Below are positions 24,857-37,785 of a stretch of 64,000 nucleotides of DNA, piece by piece. Position numbers and translations under genes: made by a program. How positions within the stretch are numbered: position 1 is the first letter of the stretch; each line of letters begins with the position of its first letter. The notes below the pieces were generated by a model that was given only the letters and a program-made list of their open reading frames with translations, was not told the origin of the DNA and made no database searches. Origin of the DNA: Anaeramoeba ignava BMAN (taxonomy: Eukaryota; Protista; Anaeramoebae); the NCBI GenBank assembly GCA_028826165.1, contig JAPDFW010000012.1, positions 22,393 to 86,392 on the forward strand, written 5' to 3'.

Positions 24857-25687
24857 TCACTTTAAAGCTTGTGTAAATTTTGTCACAAGCTCATTAAATC
24901 TGTCAGGTTCTTCAGCAAAACAAGAATGACCACAACCCTCAAAAACAACCAACTCAGCATTAGGGACAACTTGTTTAGCCCATTCAGCCATTGACATACT
25001 AATCCACTTATCCTTATCGCCCTGAATAATAACAACAGGAACTTTCAACTTTTTCATATCGTCTTCATAATTCTCATCTCTAGCAACCAAATGGGGAACA
25101 ATAAAGCAACCCATAGAAGAACATAGAAGCCTAGCATAAAACTCTTTTGAAACCTCTTTTTCGAAGCAGTCGTTACAACCGACAATAACGGATTCAGTCA
25201 AAGTAGCAAAATCTGGTTGTTGACCCAAAGATAAAAATTTCATTGTGTTTCCAAGTGCTGGTCCGGCATATTTTTCCATCCCTTTTCCAGTTGTAAAAGC
25301 AGCACTTAAATAGATAATTCCGCCAAGTGAACCATCTCCATAATGCCGAATATAGTCATTGATAACTAGTCCCCCATAAGACCATCCGATCACAACGGGT
25401 TTTTCTAATTTTAATGTTTCAATAACGCTTTTGAGATCGTTCGCCCATGTTTTTGAATCTGTGTAGTGCTCTTTTTCCATCGGTTTATCTGATGATCCAT
25501 GTCCTCTTAGATCAACAAAAATTAACCGAAAATTTTTTGTTAATGAGTTTTCTTTTGAATATTGTTCCCAAAAACTTAAATGACTTGAAGACATTCCATG
25601 AAGAAAAATAATTGGTCTTCCTTCTTTATTTCCTGTTTGAAAAACTGCAAGTGAAAGGTTTTCGTTTTTAATTAAAAATTTTTCCAT
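24857..25687 (-). CDS. Alpha/beta-fold hydrolase (non-heme haloperoxidase / arylesterase-like)
   Basis: Motifs PIIFLHG and DLRGHGSSDKP; nucleophile elbow GWSYGG; acid IIQGDKD; catalytic His in GCGHS..EEPDRFN. Intronless. Confidence 0.9.
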   Translation of the reverse strand: MEKFLIKNENLSLAVFQTGNKEGRPIIFLHGMSSSHLSFWEQYSKENSLTKNFRLIFVDLRGHGSSDKPMEKEHYTDSKTWANDLKSVIETLKLEKPVVIGWSYGGLVINDYIRHYGDGSLGGIIYLSAAFTTGKGMEKYAGPALGNTMKFLSLGQQPDFATLTESVIVGCNDCFEKEVSKEFYARLLCSSMGCFIVPHLVARDENYEDDMKKLKVPVVIIQGDKDKWISMSMAEWAKQVVPNAELVVFEGCGHSCFAEEPDRFNELVTKFTQALK

Positions 25688-25835
25688 TTCTTTTAATTTA
25701 ATTTAAAAGAAGAAAAATGAAAAACAAATTTTGGAAAATTTTTTTTTAAAAGCAAAAAAAAAAGCAAAAACAATATTTTCTCCTTTTTTTTCTCATTTTT
25801 TTTTGAATTGAATTTTTTGGATTGAATTTTTTGGA

Positions 25836-27337
25836 TCATTTCTTTTTTGAATTGCTTCTGCTTTTACTTTTACTTTTGTTCTTGTTTTTGTTTTTGTGTT
25901 TGTGTTTGTGTTTGTGTTTGTGTTTATGTTTGTCTTTTTTCAGATTTTGATTATTTTCATCACTTTCACTTTCACTTGATTCATTGACTTGAGTAGTCGA
26001 AGAAAAAGGCATGAATTTTCCGGTCTCATAAGTTGATAAATTTGGATACATTGTTAGAGTTTCTAAATATTCTTGATTTTGAGGAGAATTGGGAAAAATT
26101 TGAACAGGAGATTGACTTGGATTTTGCAGAAGAAGAGAGATATTAATTTCTTGCATCTTCTTTTTATCTTTTTTATCTTTTTTATTCTTTTCATCTTTTT
26201 TATTCTTTTCATCTTTTTTATTCTTTTCATCTTTTTTATTCTTTTCATCTTTTTATTCTTTTCATATTTTGGATCTTTTTCTTCGTAAATTAACTCTTCA
26301 ATTTCTCCAAAAATCTCAATTCTTTCAACAACAATATTTTCATCCAATTTCTTTTTCCAAATTTTTGCATTTTCAGGAAAAATTTCATCAATAAAAGTTG
26401 ATTTGGATGTTGTTTTTGGTTTTTCAAATTGGAAATCAATTTGTTGGAAAGTGATAATAGATTCATCAGCAGAAATAAGGAAACAAAAACTGGATTGATT
26501 TAAAGGAATCAACTGACTGTTTCTGAAAGAAGTTGTTTCAGAAAATCCTTTTTCGGAAAAACCTCCAAATATATTATCTTTTGATTTTGCAAGAACTAAC
26601 ATATTTTGAGCTGAGAAGCAGGTTTTTTCTAATTGTTTCCTTTTATAACCAGGTTTTTCTATTCTAAAGGCATAACGCATTTTATCATAAATTTGTGGAT
26701 CATTGATTTGATTTCTTATTCGCAAAACAGTCTGTTTTTTTTTGATGATTTGAGTAAAACAAAACTCTGAATTTTGAACAAATTTCAAGTCAGATTCAAT
26801 TCCTTTGAGTGCATCATCTTTTTGGATTTGGAAATTCTTTAAAGGATAAATCACTTCAGGTTTTGTTGAAAGAGTTTGTTTTCGATCTGAATTGATAAAA
26901 TCACACAAATAAAGAATTGGCAAGTTTTTCGTTTGTTTTGCCAATTCATAAACTTCAAATGGGTCCAATTTATGGATTGAATAAACCAAATGTTTTTCTG
27001 CTGATTTTCTAAGTGATTCAATTTGAAATTTAATTGAGAATTTCCAAATATCAAGACAATCTTTAGGTTCTATTTCTATTTCAGATGTGTAAATGTAACG
27101 GATGATTTTCTCCATGATTTTGGGTTTGATTTCGGGAAGAATAATATCTCTACTTGAATCCACTTTGAAAAAGTGAAAGAAAAATTTACTTCTTGAAGAA
27201 AGAATGCATTTGTGACAAGGAAATGGTTTTGATTTCTTTCCACATTTAATTGTAATATCAGAAAAATCCTTTATGTTTGAATAAAGAGTTTTGAGATCTA
27301 ATAAAAGAGCTGATTCAGATTCAGAAATATCAGTCAT
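25836..27337 (-). CDS. BTB/POZ protein with a degenerate TLDc-like region; frameshift in a repeat near 26160-26270
   Basis: BTB motif FSDITIKCG...HKCILSSRSKFF...IIRYIYT; NIFGGFS..SFCFLI..IEIFG resembles TLDc. The C-terminus continues in ORF 25836-26156. Confidence 0.7.
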
Positions 27338-27521
27338 AGAAAGAATAGAAAAAAAAAATTTCAAAAAAGGAAAAAATTTTAGAAAGAAAAAAATGAAAAC
27401 AATATTTTTCCGATTTCAAAATTTAAATCAAAATAAAAATTTAAATAAAAATTTAATAAGAAATTTAATAAAAATTTAATAAAAATTTAATTTATTGTAT
27501 AAAATAAAAAATAGTAAAATC

Positions 27522-30038
27522 TCATTTGAAAATCTTTAAACAATTCACTAATTGATTTTGAGTAAAATTAACAGCTTCAGTAAAATCACTTGGAGAAAGA
27601 AAACCTTTCCTTTTATTATCAAGACATTTCCAAACTAACAAGAGATCTTTTGGGGGACGAGAATTTTCATCTTGAAAAGTAATAACAGCAACAACTTTCC
27701 ACAAATCAAATAGTTCGATTCTTCCAACTCCTCTTTGGTCATAAATATTAAAACAAAAACAAAGTTGATCAAGAAAGGATCCGCGAAGCAAACAATTCAA
27801 ACCGACAATAAGTTGTTTGAATTCCAATTTTCCTTTCTTTTTGTCGTCAAAACCCCAAAACAAAAACTGAATTTGTTGAGGATTCACAATTCCAAGTTGA
27901 TTGCACATTTTTGTAAATGATTCTTGATTCATGACTTTGTTTGGAAATTGCTCGCAGAATTTTTGGAACATTTGACGGATTTCCGTCTTTGTAAACGAGG
28001 AAATATGTTGCAAATGTTCCACTTCCAATTCGGAAAGAGTTGATGAAGAATCATTATCAACAGCGCCGTCAGTCAAATTAATTGCGATGATAAGACTTTG
28101 TATCCAGTCCTCATAATCCTTTGCGTTTTCGGCAAAAAACCAGAACTGTTTCTTTGCTTTTGTGATGATTTTAAATGTGAAATGTTTGTTGAATTTTCGG
28201 TTGAACGGAATCAAGTGCGAATCTTGCAAATCAATGTATCCAATCGGATTACTTGTTGATCCTGATTCGAAGAAGAAGAGTTTACTGGAATCAATCATGA
28301 AGAACTTGCGTTTCCATTTGCGTTTGAGATGGGTTGTTTGCAGAAACGAGAGAAAACCCTGTTTTTTATTGAGATGCGAAAACTTGATAAAATAGTTGAA
28401 ATTCTTGATTGTATTTGTGATACTTTCAATCCAATTATGAAAATCTTGGTTTGATTCCGACTCAAGAACATAAATTTGGTCTGTTGGAAAAGAGAGCTTG
28501 AAAATAAACGGCGGTTCCTTAAGCAATGGGTTTGCCTCGATCCTGAGCTTTTGGATCGAGATGTAATTCAATGGTTCCTCGTTTTTATCTGAGTTTTTCA
28601 ACTGAAGTAAATGTGTTCCTTTTAAGTCAAACCAAAACCGTTTTTTCTTTGTGTTTGTCGAATGCACCCACAGATATCCCTTTGTGATCGTCGACGTTGT
28701 GATTCCGATTGGATGCTGTTCCATATCCATGTTTTGGTTTGAAACAAACCCCAAAAATTCATCACCTTTACTTGAGTCACTAAATGTGTCCCCAAAATCC
28801 ATTGATTTTATTTCTTGCTCCATTCCGTCATCCTGGATATCGTCCTGGTACTCGCTTTGTGTTTGTGTTTGTGTTGTTGTTGATGTTTGTTGGTTGTCGT
28901 CTTGATGTTCGCTTTGTGTTTGTGCTTCATTTTCTGGTTGATATTTATTTGAATTTGAATTTGAATTTGCATTTGCATTTTCAGAAAGATTATAATAAGA
29001 ATTATAAAGCCGATTTTGTTTGGTGTTTGAAATCCCTTTTTCTTCATAATATTTGCCTCTTTTCTGCTTCATAATATCATATGGCGAAGAATAGGGAGAA
29101 TTTTCGTTGAAAAGGTTCATTTTTAATTCCAAATTTGAACCGCCTTTATGAGCCATTTTTTCTTGGAAAAACCCGTTGGTTCGCACATAATTATCGGGTG
29201 TTTTTGATAGTGATTTCGCCGCAGAACGGCTCTCAACAATATTGGCTCTTTTTTGCATCAATCCAAAACTATTCCGTCTTTTTTGATCTTGTTTTATTAC
29301 CGGAATTTCAATTTTCATTTCATTTGAACGACTGTTTTGCGTTGATCTTCGAATATAATTCTCCAGTAAATTGAACCAAATCATCAATTCCTTTGTGTAT
29401 TCTTCTTGTTTTTTCTCATAAACTTCAACCTCGTTTTTATCCTTCAATTTATTCTTCAAAAACACTGGACTCAAATACATTGGTTTGAATAAACTGTGTT
29501 CCAGCGTAATAATTGCGTATCCGTTTTTCTGTGTTTGGATACTTGCTTTGATATCATTGAGGAATATGATTCCTTCAGGAAACTCCAAATCATCTTTACT
29601 TTTAAAATACAATAAAATATTATCAAATAATTGGAAAAAATAATTGTTTGATTTTCGCGATCCTTTGTCTTCTTTGGATAGAAATCCTGAATGATGACAT
29701 TCAACATCCTGCGTTTTTCTTGTCGGTTGAGCCGACAGGATTTGGGTTTGAATTGTTTGGACCCAATCTTCACATTCATTTGGTGTTTTTGCTTGAATCA
29801 AAAATTTCCGGCGATTTGAGTGAACTATTTGAAATGAATTTTTTGGATTCTTCACTTTTAGACAATATGCTCCATCAAGTGAAATTACTCCAAGTGGGTT
29901 TTGTTGTGATTTCTGGTTTTTATAATAACTTATTGTGTTGTCTTTTTTTAATATAAACCATCTTTTTCTCCATGTTTTATATCCTCCTCCTTGTTTAGTT
30001 AAATATCCTGTTTTAATTATAATTTGATTTTCATCCAT
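27522..30038 (-). CDS. Four-PH-domain protein fused to a C-terminal neuronal-calcium-sensor/recoverin-like EF-hand domain
   Basis: PH starts KTGYLTKQGGGYKTWRKRWF, HSGFLSKE, TKGYLWVH and KQGFLSF..KWKRKFF. The C-terminus FTKTEIRQMFQKFCEQFP...LFWGFDDKKKGKLEF...LLRGSFLDQLCFCFNIYD follows the NCS-1/frequenin pattern. Confidence 0.85.
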   Translation of the reverse strand: MDENQIIIKTGYLTKQGGGYKTWRKRWFILKKDNTISYYKNQKSQQNPLGVISLDGAYCLKVKNPKNSFQIVHSNRRKFLIQAKTPNECEDWVQTIQTQILSAQPTRKTQDVECHHSGFLSKEDKGSRKSNNYFFQLFDNILLYFKSKDDLEFPEGIIFLNDIKASIQTQKNGYAIITLEHSLFKPMYLSPVFLKNKLKDKNEVEVYEKKQEEYTKELMIWFNLLENYIRRSTQNSRSNEMKIEIPVIKQDQKRRNSFGLMQKRANIVESRSAAKSLSKTPDNYVRTNGFFQEKMAHKGGSNLELKMNLFNENSPYSSPYDIMKQKRGKYYEEKGISNTKQNRLYNSYYNLSENANANSNSNSNKYQPENEAQTQSEHQDDNQQTSTTTQTQTQSEYQDDIQDDGMEQEIKSMDFGDTFSDSSKGDEFLGFVSNQNMDMEQHPIGITTSTITKGYLWVHSTNTKKKRFWFDLKGTHLLQLKNSDKNEEPLNYISIQKLRIEANPLLKEPPFIFKLSFPTDQIYVLESESNQDFHNWIESITNTIKNFNYFIKFSHLNKKQGFLSFLQTTHLKRKWKRKFFMIDSSKLFFFESGSTSNPIGYIDLQDSHLIPFNRKFNKHFTFKIITKAKKQFWFFAENAKDYEDWIQSLIIAINLTDGAVDNDSSSTLSELEVEHLQHISSFTKTEIRQMFQKFCEQFPNKVMNQESFTKMCNQLGIVNPQQIQFLFWGFDDKKKGKLEFKQLIVGLNCLLRGSFLDQLCFCFNIYDQRGVGRIELFDLWKVVAVITFQDENSRPPKDLLLVWKCLDNKRKGFLSPSDFTEAVNFTQNQLVNCLKIFK

Positions 30039-30184
30039 ATTTTTTTTTTGTTTGAAAAAATTGAGATAAAAGAAAATGAAAGAAAAAAATTTAAAAAAAT
30101 AAAAATTTAAAAATTTAAAAATTTAAAAATGAAAAAGAAAAAAATGAAAGAAAAAAATGAAAAATTTTTAATTTTTAATTTTAA

Positions 30185-32700
30185 TTAAATTTGGAATTAA
30201 TTTGTAATTAATTTGGAATTAATTTATAATTAATTTAGAATTGATTTATAATTGATTTATAATTGATTTATAATTAATTTATAATTGATTTATAATTGAT
30301 TTATAATTAATTTATAATTAATTTATAATTGATTTATAATTGATTTATAATTAATTTATAATTGATTTATAATTGATTTATAATTGATTTATAATTGATT
30401 TATAATTAATTTATAATTGATTTATAATTGATTTATAATTAATTTATAATTAATTTATAATTAATTTATAATTGATTTATAATTAATTTATAATTGATTT
30501 ATAATTGATTTATAATTAATTTATAATTGATTTATAATTGATTTATAATTAATTTATAATTGATTTATAATTAATTTATAATTGATTTATAATTAATTTA
30601 TAATTAATTTATAATTAATTTATAATTAATTTATAATTAATTTATAATTGATTTATAATTGATTTATAATTGATTTATAATTAATTTAATTAATTTATAA
30701 TTTATATTTTTATTATTAATTTATAATTGATTTATAATTAATTTATAATTAATTTATAATTGATTTATAATTGATTTATAATTAATTTATAATTAATTTA
30801 TAATTAATTTATAATTAATTTATAATTGATTTATAATTATTTATAATTAGATTTATAATTAATTTATAATTGATTAATTTATAATTAATTTATAATTGAT
30901 TTATAAATTGATTTATAATTAATTTATAATTGATTTATAATTGATTTATAATTAATTTATAATTGATTTATAATTAATTTATAATTAATTTATAATTAAT
31001 TTATAATTTATTTATAATTGATTTATAATTGATTTATAATTAAATTGATTTATAATTAATTTATAATTAATTTATAATTGATTTATAATTGATTTATATT
31101 AATTTATAATTGATTTTAATTTATGATTTAGAATTAATTTATAATTAATTTATAATTGATTTATAATTAATTTATAATTGATTTATAATTAATTTATAAT
31201 AATTTATAATTGATTTATAATTAATTAATTTAATTAATAATTATTTTATAATTGATTTATAATTAATTTGAATTAATTTATAATTAATTTGTACCAATTT
31301 TATAATTAATTGATTTATAATTGATTTATAATTAATTTATAAATTAATTTATAATTGATTTATAATTGATTTATAATTGATTTATAATTAATTTATAATT
31401 AATTTTATAATTAATTTATAATTTATAATTGATTTATAATTGATTTATAATTAATTGATTTATAATTGATTTATTTTTATAATTGATTTATATTGAATTT
31501 ATAATTGATTTATAATTGAATTTATAATTGATTTATAATTGATTTAAATTGATTTATAATTGATTTATAATTGATTTATAATTGATTTATAATTAATTTA
31601 TAATTGATTTATAATTAATTTATAATTGATTTATAATTGATTTATAATTGATTTATAATTAATTTATAATTAATTTATAATTGATTTATAATTAATTTAT
31701 AATTAATTTAGAATTGATTTATAATTAATTTATAATTAATTTATAATTGATTTATAATTGATTTATAATTGATTTATAATTGATTTATAATTGATTTATA
31801 ATTAATTTATAATTGATTTATAAATTAATTTATAATTGATTTATAATTGATTTATAATTAATTTATAATTAATTAATTGATTTAGAATTAATTTATAATT
31901 TAATTTATAATTGATTTATAATTGATTTATAATTAATTTATAATTAATTTATAATTGATTTGGAATTGATTTATAATTAATTTAGAATTGATTTTTATAA
32001 TTAATTATAATTGATTTTATAATTAATTTATAATTTATTTTTATAATTGATATAATTGATTTATAATTAATTTATAATTGATTTATAATTGATTTAATTG
32101 ATTTATAATTAAATTTATAATTGATTTATAAATAATTTTAAATTAATTTATAATTGATTTATAATTAATTTATAATTGATTTATAAATTAATTTATAATT
32201 GATTTATTATTGATTTATAATTAATTTATAATTGATTTTATAATTGATTTATAATTGATTTATAATTAATTTGGAATTGATTTATAATTAATTTATAACC
32301 AATTAAATTTTAATTTATAATTGATTTATAATTGATTTATAATTGATTTATAATTGATTTATAATTAATTTATAATTAATTTATATTATTTATAATTGAT
32401 TTATAATTGATTTATAATTGATTTTATAATTGATTTTATAATTGATTTTATAATTGATTTAGAATTGATTTATAATTGATTTATAATTAATTTGGAATTA
32501 ATTTATAATTAATTTATAATTGATTTATAATTGATTTATAATTGATTTATAATTAATTTATAATTGATTTTATAATTGATTTAGAATTGATTTAGAATTG
32601 ATTTATAATTGATTTATAATTGATTTATAATTGATTTATAATTGATTTATAATTTATTTATAATTGATTTGTAATTGATTTAGAATTGATTTAGAATTTG
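30185..32700. repeat. About 2.5 kb 11 bp satellite with two interspersed variants (AATTGATTTAT / AATTAATTTAT)
   Basis: Seen directly; the register shifts one base per 10-nt block. Confidence 0.95.
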
Positions 32701-32716
32701 AATTTTGTTTTGAATT

Positions 32717-34212
32717 TTAAATGAAATAAGTTTCAACTTCATCAACAATCCATTTATTCTTAGAACCAGTTAAATAACTTTCCGCTTCATTTGTTCCATA
32801 TTCGATTCCATCAGGGCGATTGTAACTTATACCAAAATTCGAATAACCAGATTGGAAATCTTCATATAATCTAAAATCTTTTCCAGCAAAAGAACCTCCA
32901 AAACTTGGTCCAGATTTTAAATGATACCAAACAGCAAATTTTTCTGCATTTTTTTTAATTGTAAATTTCTCAGGTTCTCTATCTCCTTTATCATTTCTTA
33001 GTGAAAAAATAAATGCATCTGAATCAAAAATCCATCCATATTCAGCATTTTTGTCTTCTTCTCTCCATTTTGTTTTATCACTTATAAATCCAACTTTTGT
33101 AAATCCTCCAAAAATAAAATTATCTTTTGTTTTGATAATAACTAATGTCTTTCCTTTATTATCACATTTTTTATGCCATTTTTTTGTTGAAAATCCGTCT
33201 TCTTTTGTTGAAAATTGTTTTTTCATTTGGAAAAAGAATTTATCATCATTTATCCATTTTTTTAATTTCTTGAAATGCTTTATTTCTTGAATAATTTGTG
33301 AATCAAATCTTATTCTTGGTTTGAAAATGAATGAATTTTGATTTTGATTTTGATCTTGAATAAATTTGTTCAGTTTCTTCTTCTTTTTTTGAGATTGAAG
33401 TTTTTGGAATTCAATTAATTTTTCTGAAATCTGATTTGGAATTAAATCTGTTTTTAAAATATCTTCAAGTTCTTGTTCTGAAAAGTCAATAAATCTGATT
33501 TTATCGATAATATTTGAAATTTGAATTTGGAATCTTTCTTTGTCTTCTTTTTCAATTTCTTTTTCTTGATTAAGATTGAGTTTATGTTTTCCCCATTTGA
33601 TTATTGATTGAAAGATTTCAAACTCATTTACTAAAATTTCATCATTTGATAAAATTGAATTTAAATGATTTTCTTCAAGTTCAAGAAAAAAAGGAGTTTT
33701 AATAAATTCATCAAAATTATCCAAAATAAATTGATAAGAAAAATCCATTAAGTTATTTAAGTTCATTGAATCAGATAATTTAAGAACATCAACAGTAATT
33801 TCAATTTGAAAGTTCTTTTTGATAAAATTTGAAGAAATTTCAATTAATTCATCAATTAAATATTTTGATGAAAAAAATAAAATTTCAAAAGCATTTTCTA
33901 AATTAATTTCAATTTTTCCTGAATAAAAATAATTCAAAATTGAAGATAGAATTGAACATGAAACATTTTGAAGAATCATTTTATTTTCTTGATATTCTTT
34001 CATTTTAGAATTAAAAAGTGATTTAAAATACTGACTTCTTGAAGAAAGAATTGATTTATGAGTTTTAAATGAAATTGGTTTTGTTTCTGGATTTTTTTGA
34101 CAAATGATTTCAAAATCAAAATAACTTTCATTTTCTTTTTCGTTTTGATTTTGATTTTGAATAAATTTTTTAAATCATTTGAAAGTTTTTCTAAATTTGA
34201 ATAATTTTCCAT
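32717..34212 (-). CDS. BTB-BACK-TLDc protein, with N-terminal frameshift(s) near 34000-34160
   Basis: LEKLSNDLKNLF, HKSILSSRSQYFKSLF (alternative frame), ILNYFYSGKI; BACK-like EFEIFQSIIKW..IRF; TLDc DGFSTKKWHKKCDNKGKTLVIIKT..IFGGFT..GPSFG..EVETY. Confidence 0.85.
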
Positions 34213-34320
34213 TTTTAAATAAAAAATTTAAAAAAAAAAATGAAAAAATTTATTTTCCTTTTTTTTTTTTTCATTTTTTTCCTTTTTTTCCTTTTTTTTT
34301 TTTAAATTACAAAAAAAAAA
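34213..34320. promoter_or_regulatory. About 110 bp bidirectional promoter (BTB-TLDc / CCCH-PARP copy 1)
   Basis: Head-to-head ATGs with aaaatgaaaa (about 34240) and tttcattttt (about 34271). Confidence 0.5.
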
Positions 34321-37039
34321 ATGAGTCAAAATCAAAATCCAAATATAAATCAACTTTGTTCTTTTCTTTCAAAATATAAATGGTGTCATTCCTGGCAACA
34401 TTTTAGTCATAAAAACCATGCAGAACATCCACCAAAAAATGTGTTATGTTTAAATATTGTAAAAAATGGATCTTGTTCAGATATAAATTGTCCTTATCAA
34501 CGTAAATTAAAATTATAATTATAATTAAAATTAAAATTAAAATTAAAATCAAAATTAAAATTAAAATTAAAATTAAAATTCATTTATAAAATTAAAATTA
34601 AAATTAAAATTAAAATTAAAATTAAAATTAAAATTAAAATTAAAATTAAAATTTAAAATTAAAATTAAAATTAAAATTAAAATTAAAATTAAAATTAAAA
34701 TTAAAATTAAAATTCATTTATAAAATTAAAATTAAATTTAAAATTAAAATTAAAATTAAAATTAAAATTAAAATTAAAATTAAAATTAAAATTAATTTAA
34801 AATTCAAAATTAAAATTAAAATTAAAATTAAAATTAAAATTCATTTATAAAATTAAAATTAAAATTAAAATTAAAATTAAAATTAAAATTAAAAATTTAT
34901 AAAATTAAAATTAAAATTAAAATTAAAATAAAAATTAAAATTAAAATTAAAATTAAAATTCATTTATAATTAAAATTAAAATTAAAATTAAAATTAAAAT
35001 TAAAATTAAAATTAAAATTAAAATTAAAATTAAAATTAAAATTAAAATTAAAATTAAAATTCATTTATAATTAAAATTAAAATTAAAATTAAAATTAAAA
35101 TTAAAAAATTAAAATTCATTTATAAAATTAAAATTAAAATTCAAAATTAAAATTCATTTATAAAATTAAAAATTAAAAATTAAAATTAAAATTAAAATTA
35201 AAAATTAAAATTCATTTATAAAAATTAAAATTAAAATTAAAATTAAAATTAAAATTAAAATTAAAATTAAAATTAAAATTCATTTATAAAATTAAAAATT
35301 AAAATTAAAATTAAAATTAAAAATTAAAAATTTTAAAATTAAAATTAAAATTCAAAATTTAAATTAAAATTCATTTATAAAATTAAAATAATAATTAAAA
35401 TTTAAATTAAAATTAAAATTATAATTAAAATCAAAATTAAAATTCATTTATAAAATTAAAATTCATTTATAAAATTAAAAATTAAAAATTTCTTTAGATG
35501 TCAATCCAAAAAATAAATATTATAATCAAATTGTTCAAGATGCTGATCCTGATCAAAAATTTCGAGGACAAAAAACTTATAATTGTTATTATTGGTGTGA
35601 TTTCCCAATGAAGGATCAAGTATGTTCAAATTATGCCGATTCAGGAGATTGTTCAGATTTAAATTGTTTATTTCAACATCATACAGATAAAAATTTTGTT
35701 AGAAACGATCCAGTTATAACAAAACAAGAAAGAATATTACCTAAAAAATATAAGAAAAAAAAACAAGCAAATCAAAAACCAAAAATCAATCCTCTTCCTC
35801 AAGTTATAAAAACAGTCGATGAAATTCTTAAAAACCAAACAAATCAAAATTTTTTATCAATTCCACTTTACGCACAATTATGTCCTAATTTAACATTTTC
35901 TCAACAAAAAACAATAATCGGATGTACAAATCCAATATGTCCTTATGCACATCCAAATCCAAATGCAATTATAAAATACAATCATCAATTTACCACAGAT
36001 TGGCTTATTACCATGTCAAGTGAATATTGTGAAGATTTTTCTGATACACTTGATTGTGATAATCTTAGTTGTCAAAAACAACATATAAATTGCTATAATA
36101 AATTACCTGAAGAACCACAAGAATCAGAAAATAGCCAACCTTTTTGTCCATATTTAATGAAAACTGGATATTGCAGAATTCGAACTGTTAGAGATTATAC
36201 AGGAAATGATAAAAGATTAGTTTGCGATTTTAATCATAATATCCTCCTACTTCCCAAATTAAACAACAAGATGCAAAATTAGAAGATCTTCCAACTGGAA
36301 ATCCTATTTATATTGATATCCAAAAGAAATTCATCCAAAGTTGGACTTATGGATCAAAACCAACTGTTATCAAAATTCAAAAAATTATTAGTCCTTATTT
36401 ATCGCATTGGTTTAATCAACGCAAAATATATCTTGAAGAAAGAAGAAAAAAAACCTTTGCTGTTAATGAACTTTATCATGGAACTGATGAGAGATATTTA
36501 AAAACAATTATGGATACTGGATTTTATATTGTTAGTAATTATAATGCAAGTCCTAAATGTAAATCATCAGGATATAAAGGGAATAATAATCAACCATCTT
36601 TTTGTAATAATACTTGTGAACATTGTATCGAAAAACATGTTTGGAATAAGTGCCATATGTATGGACTTGGGTAAGTATTTTTATTTAATTATTTCAATCA
36701 ATTTTAAATTATAAATTATTAAAATAATTTTTTTGAAATTTAAAAATGAAAAGGATTTATTTGACTCTTTGCACATCAAAAAGTGATAAATATGTGAAAG
36801 AATTAGGAAGTGACAGAAAAGTTTTCTTATGTGATGTTGTTTTAGGAGAATCATATTATCACAAAGAAAATCTTCAAAAACCTGAAGCAGCTCATGATTG
36901 GGTATTACCTCCAGATGGATATGATTCAATAACTGTTCCTGGAACTGGAAATACTTCAACTTTAAATGTTATGAATAATGAATTTATTATTTTCCATAAA
37001 TTTCAAGCAATTCCTCGATATCTTGTTACTTACAAATAA
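34321..37039 (+). CDS. Multi-CCCH zinc finger + PARP catalytic domain protein, copy 1 (introns 34502-35497 and about 36671-36753; 1-nt frameshift near 36243)
   Basis: Several C-x8-C-x4-C-x3-H fingers; PARP motifs LYHGT, MYGLG|IYLT..SKSDKY, FLCDVVLG, PPDGYDS and NNEFIIF..QAIPRYLVTY. Confidence 0.88.
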
Positions 37040-37059
37040 ATCAATTCAATTTATTTGGA

Positions 37060-37660
37060 TTATTTCTTTTAATCAAATTAAATCAAATCAAATTAAATCC
37101 AAATTAAATCCAAATTAAATAAATTAAATTAAATCAATTTAATACAATTTAATTCAATATTCAATTCAATATTCAATTCAATTCAATATTCAATTCAATT
37201 CAATATTTAATTCAATATTTAATTCAATATTCAATTCAATATTCAATTCAAATCAATATTCAATTCAATTCAATTCAATATTCAATTCAATTCAATATTC
37301 AATTCAATATTTAATTTAATATTTAATTTAATATTCAATTCAATTTAATTCAATTCAATATTTAATTCAAATCAATTCAATACAATTCAATATTCAATTT
37401 AATTCAATATTCAATTTAATATTCAATTCAATATTCAATATTCAATTTAATATTCAATTCAATTTAATTCAATTCAATTCAATATTCAATTCAATATTCA
37501 ATTCAATATTCAATTCAATTCAATATTCAATTTAATTCAATATTCAATTTAATTCAAATCAATTTAATTCAATTCAATATTCAATTCAATTCAATTCAAT
37601 ATTCAATTCAAAATTCAATTCAATTCAATTTAATTCAATATTCAATTCAATTCAATTCAT
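37060..37660. repeat. (AATTC/AATATTC)n spacer satellite
   Basis: Seen directly in the sequence. Confidence 0.9.
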
Positions 37661-37785
37661 AAAAAAAAAGGAAAAAAAAAGAAAGAAAAAGGAAAAATAA
37701 TAAAAAGAAGACATTTAATTAATTAAAAAAAAATTTATTTTCCTTTTTCTTTTTTCCTTTTTTTTTTTTAAATTACAAAAAAAAA

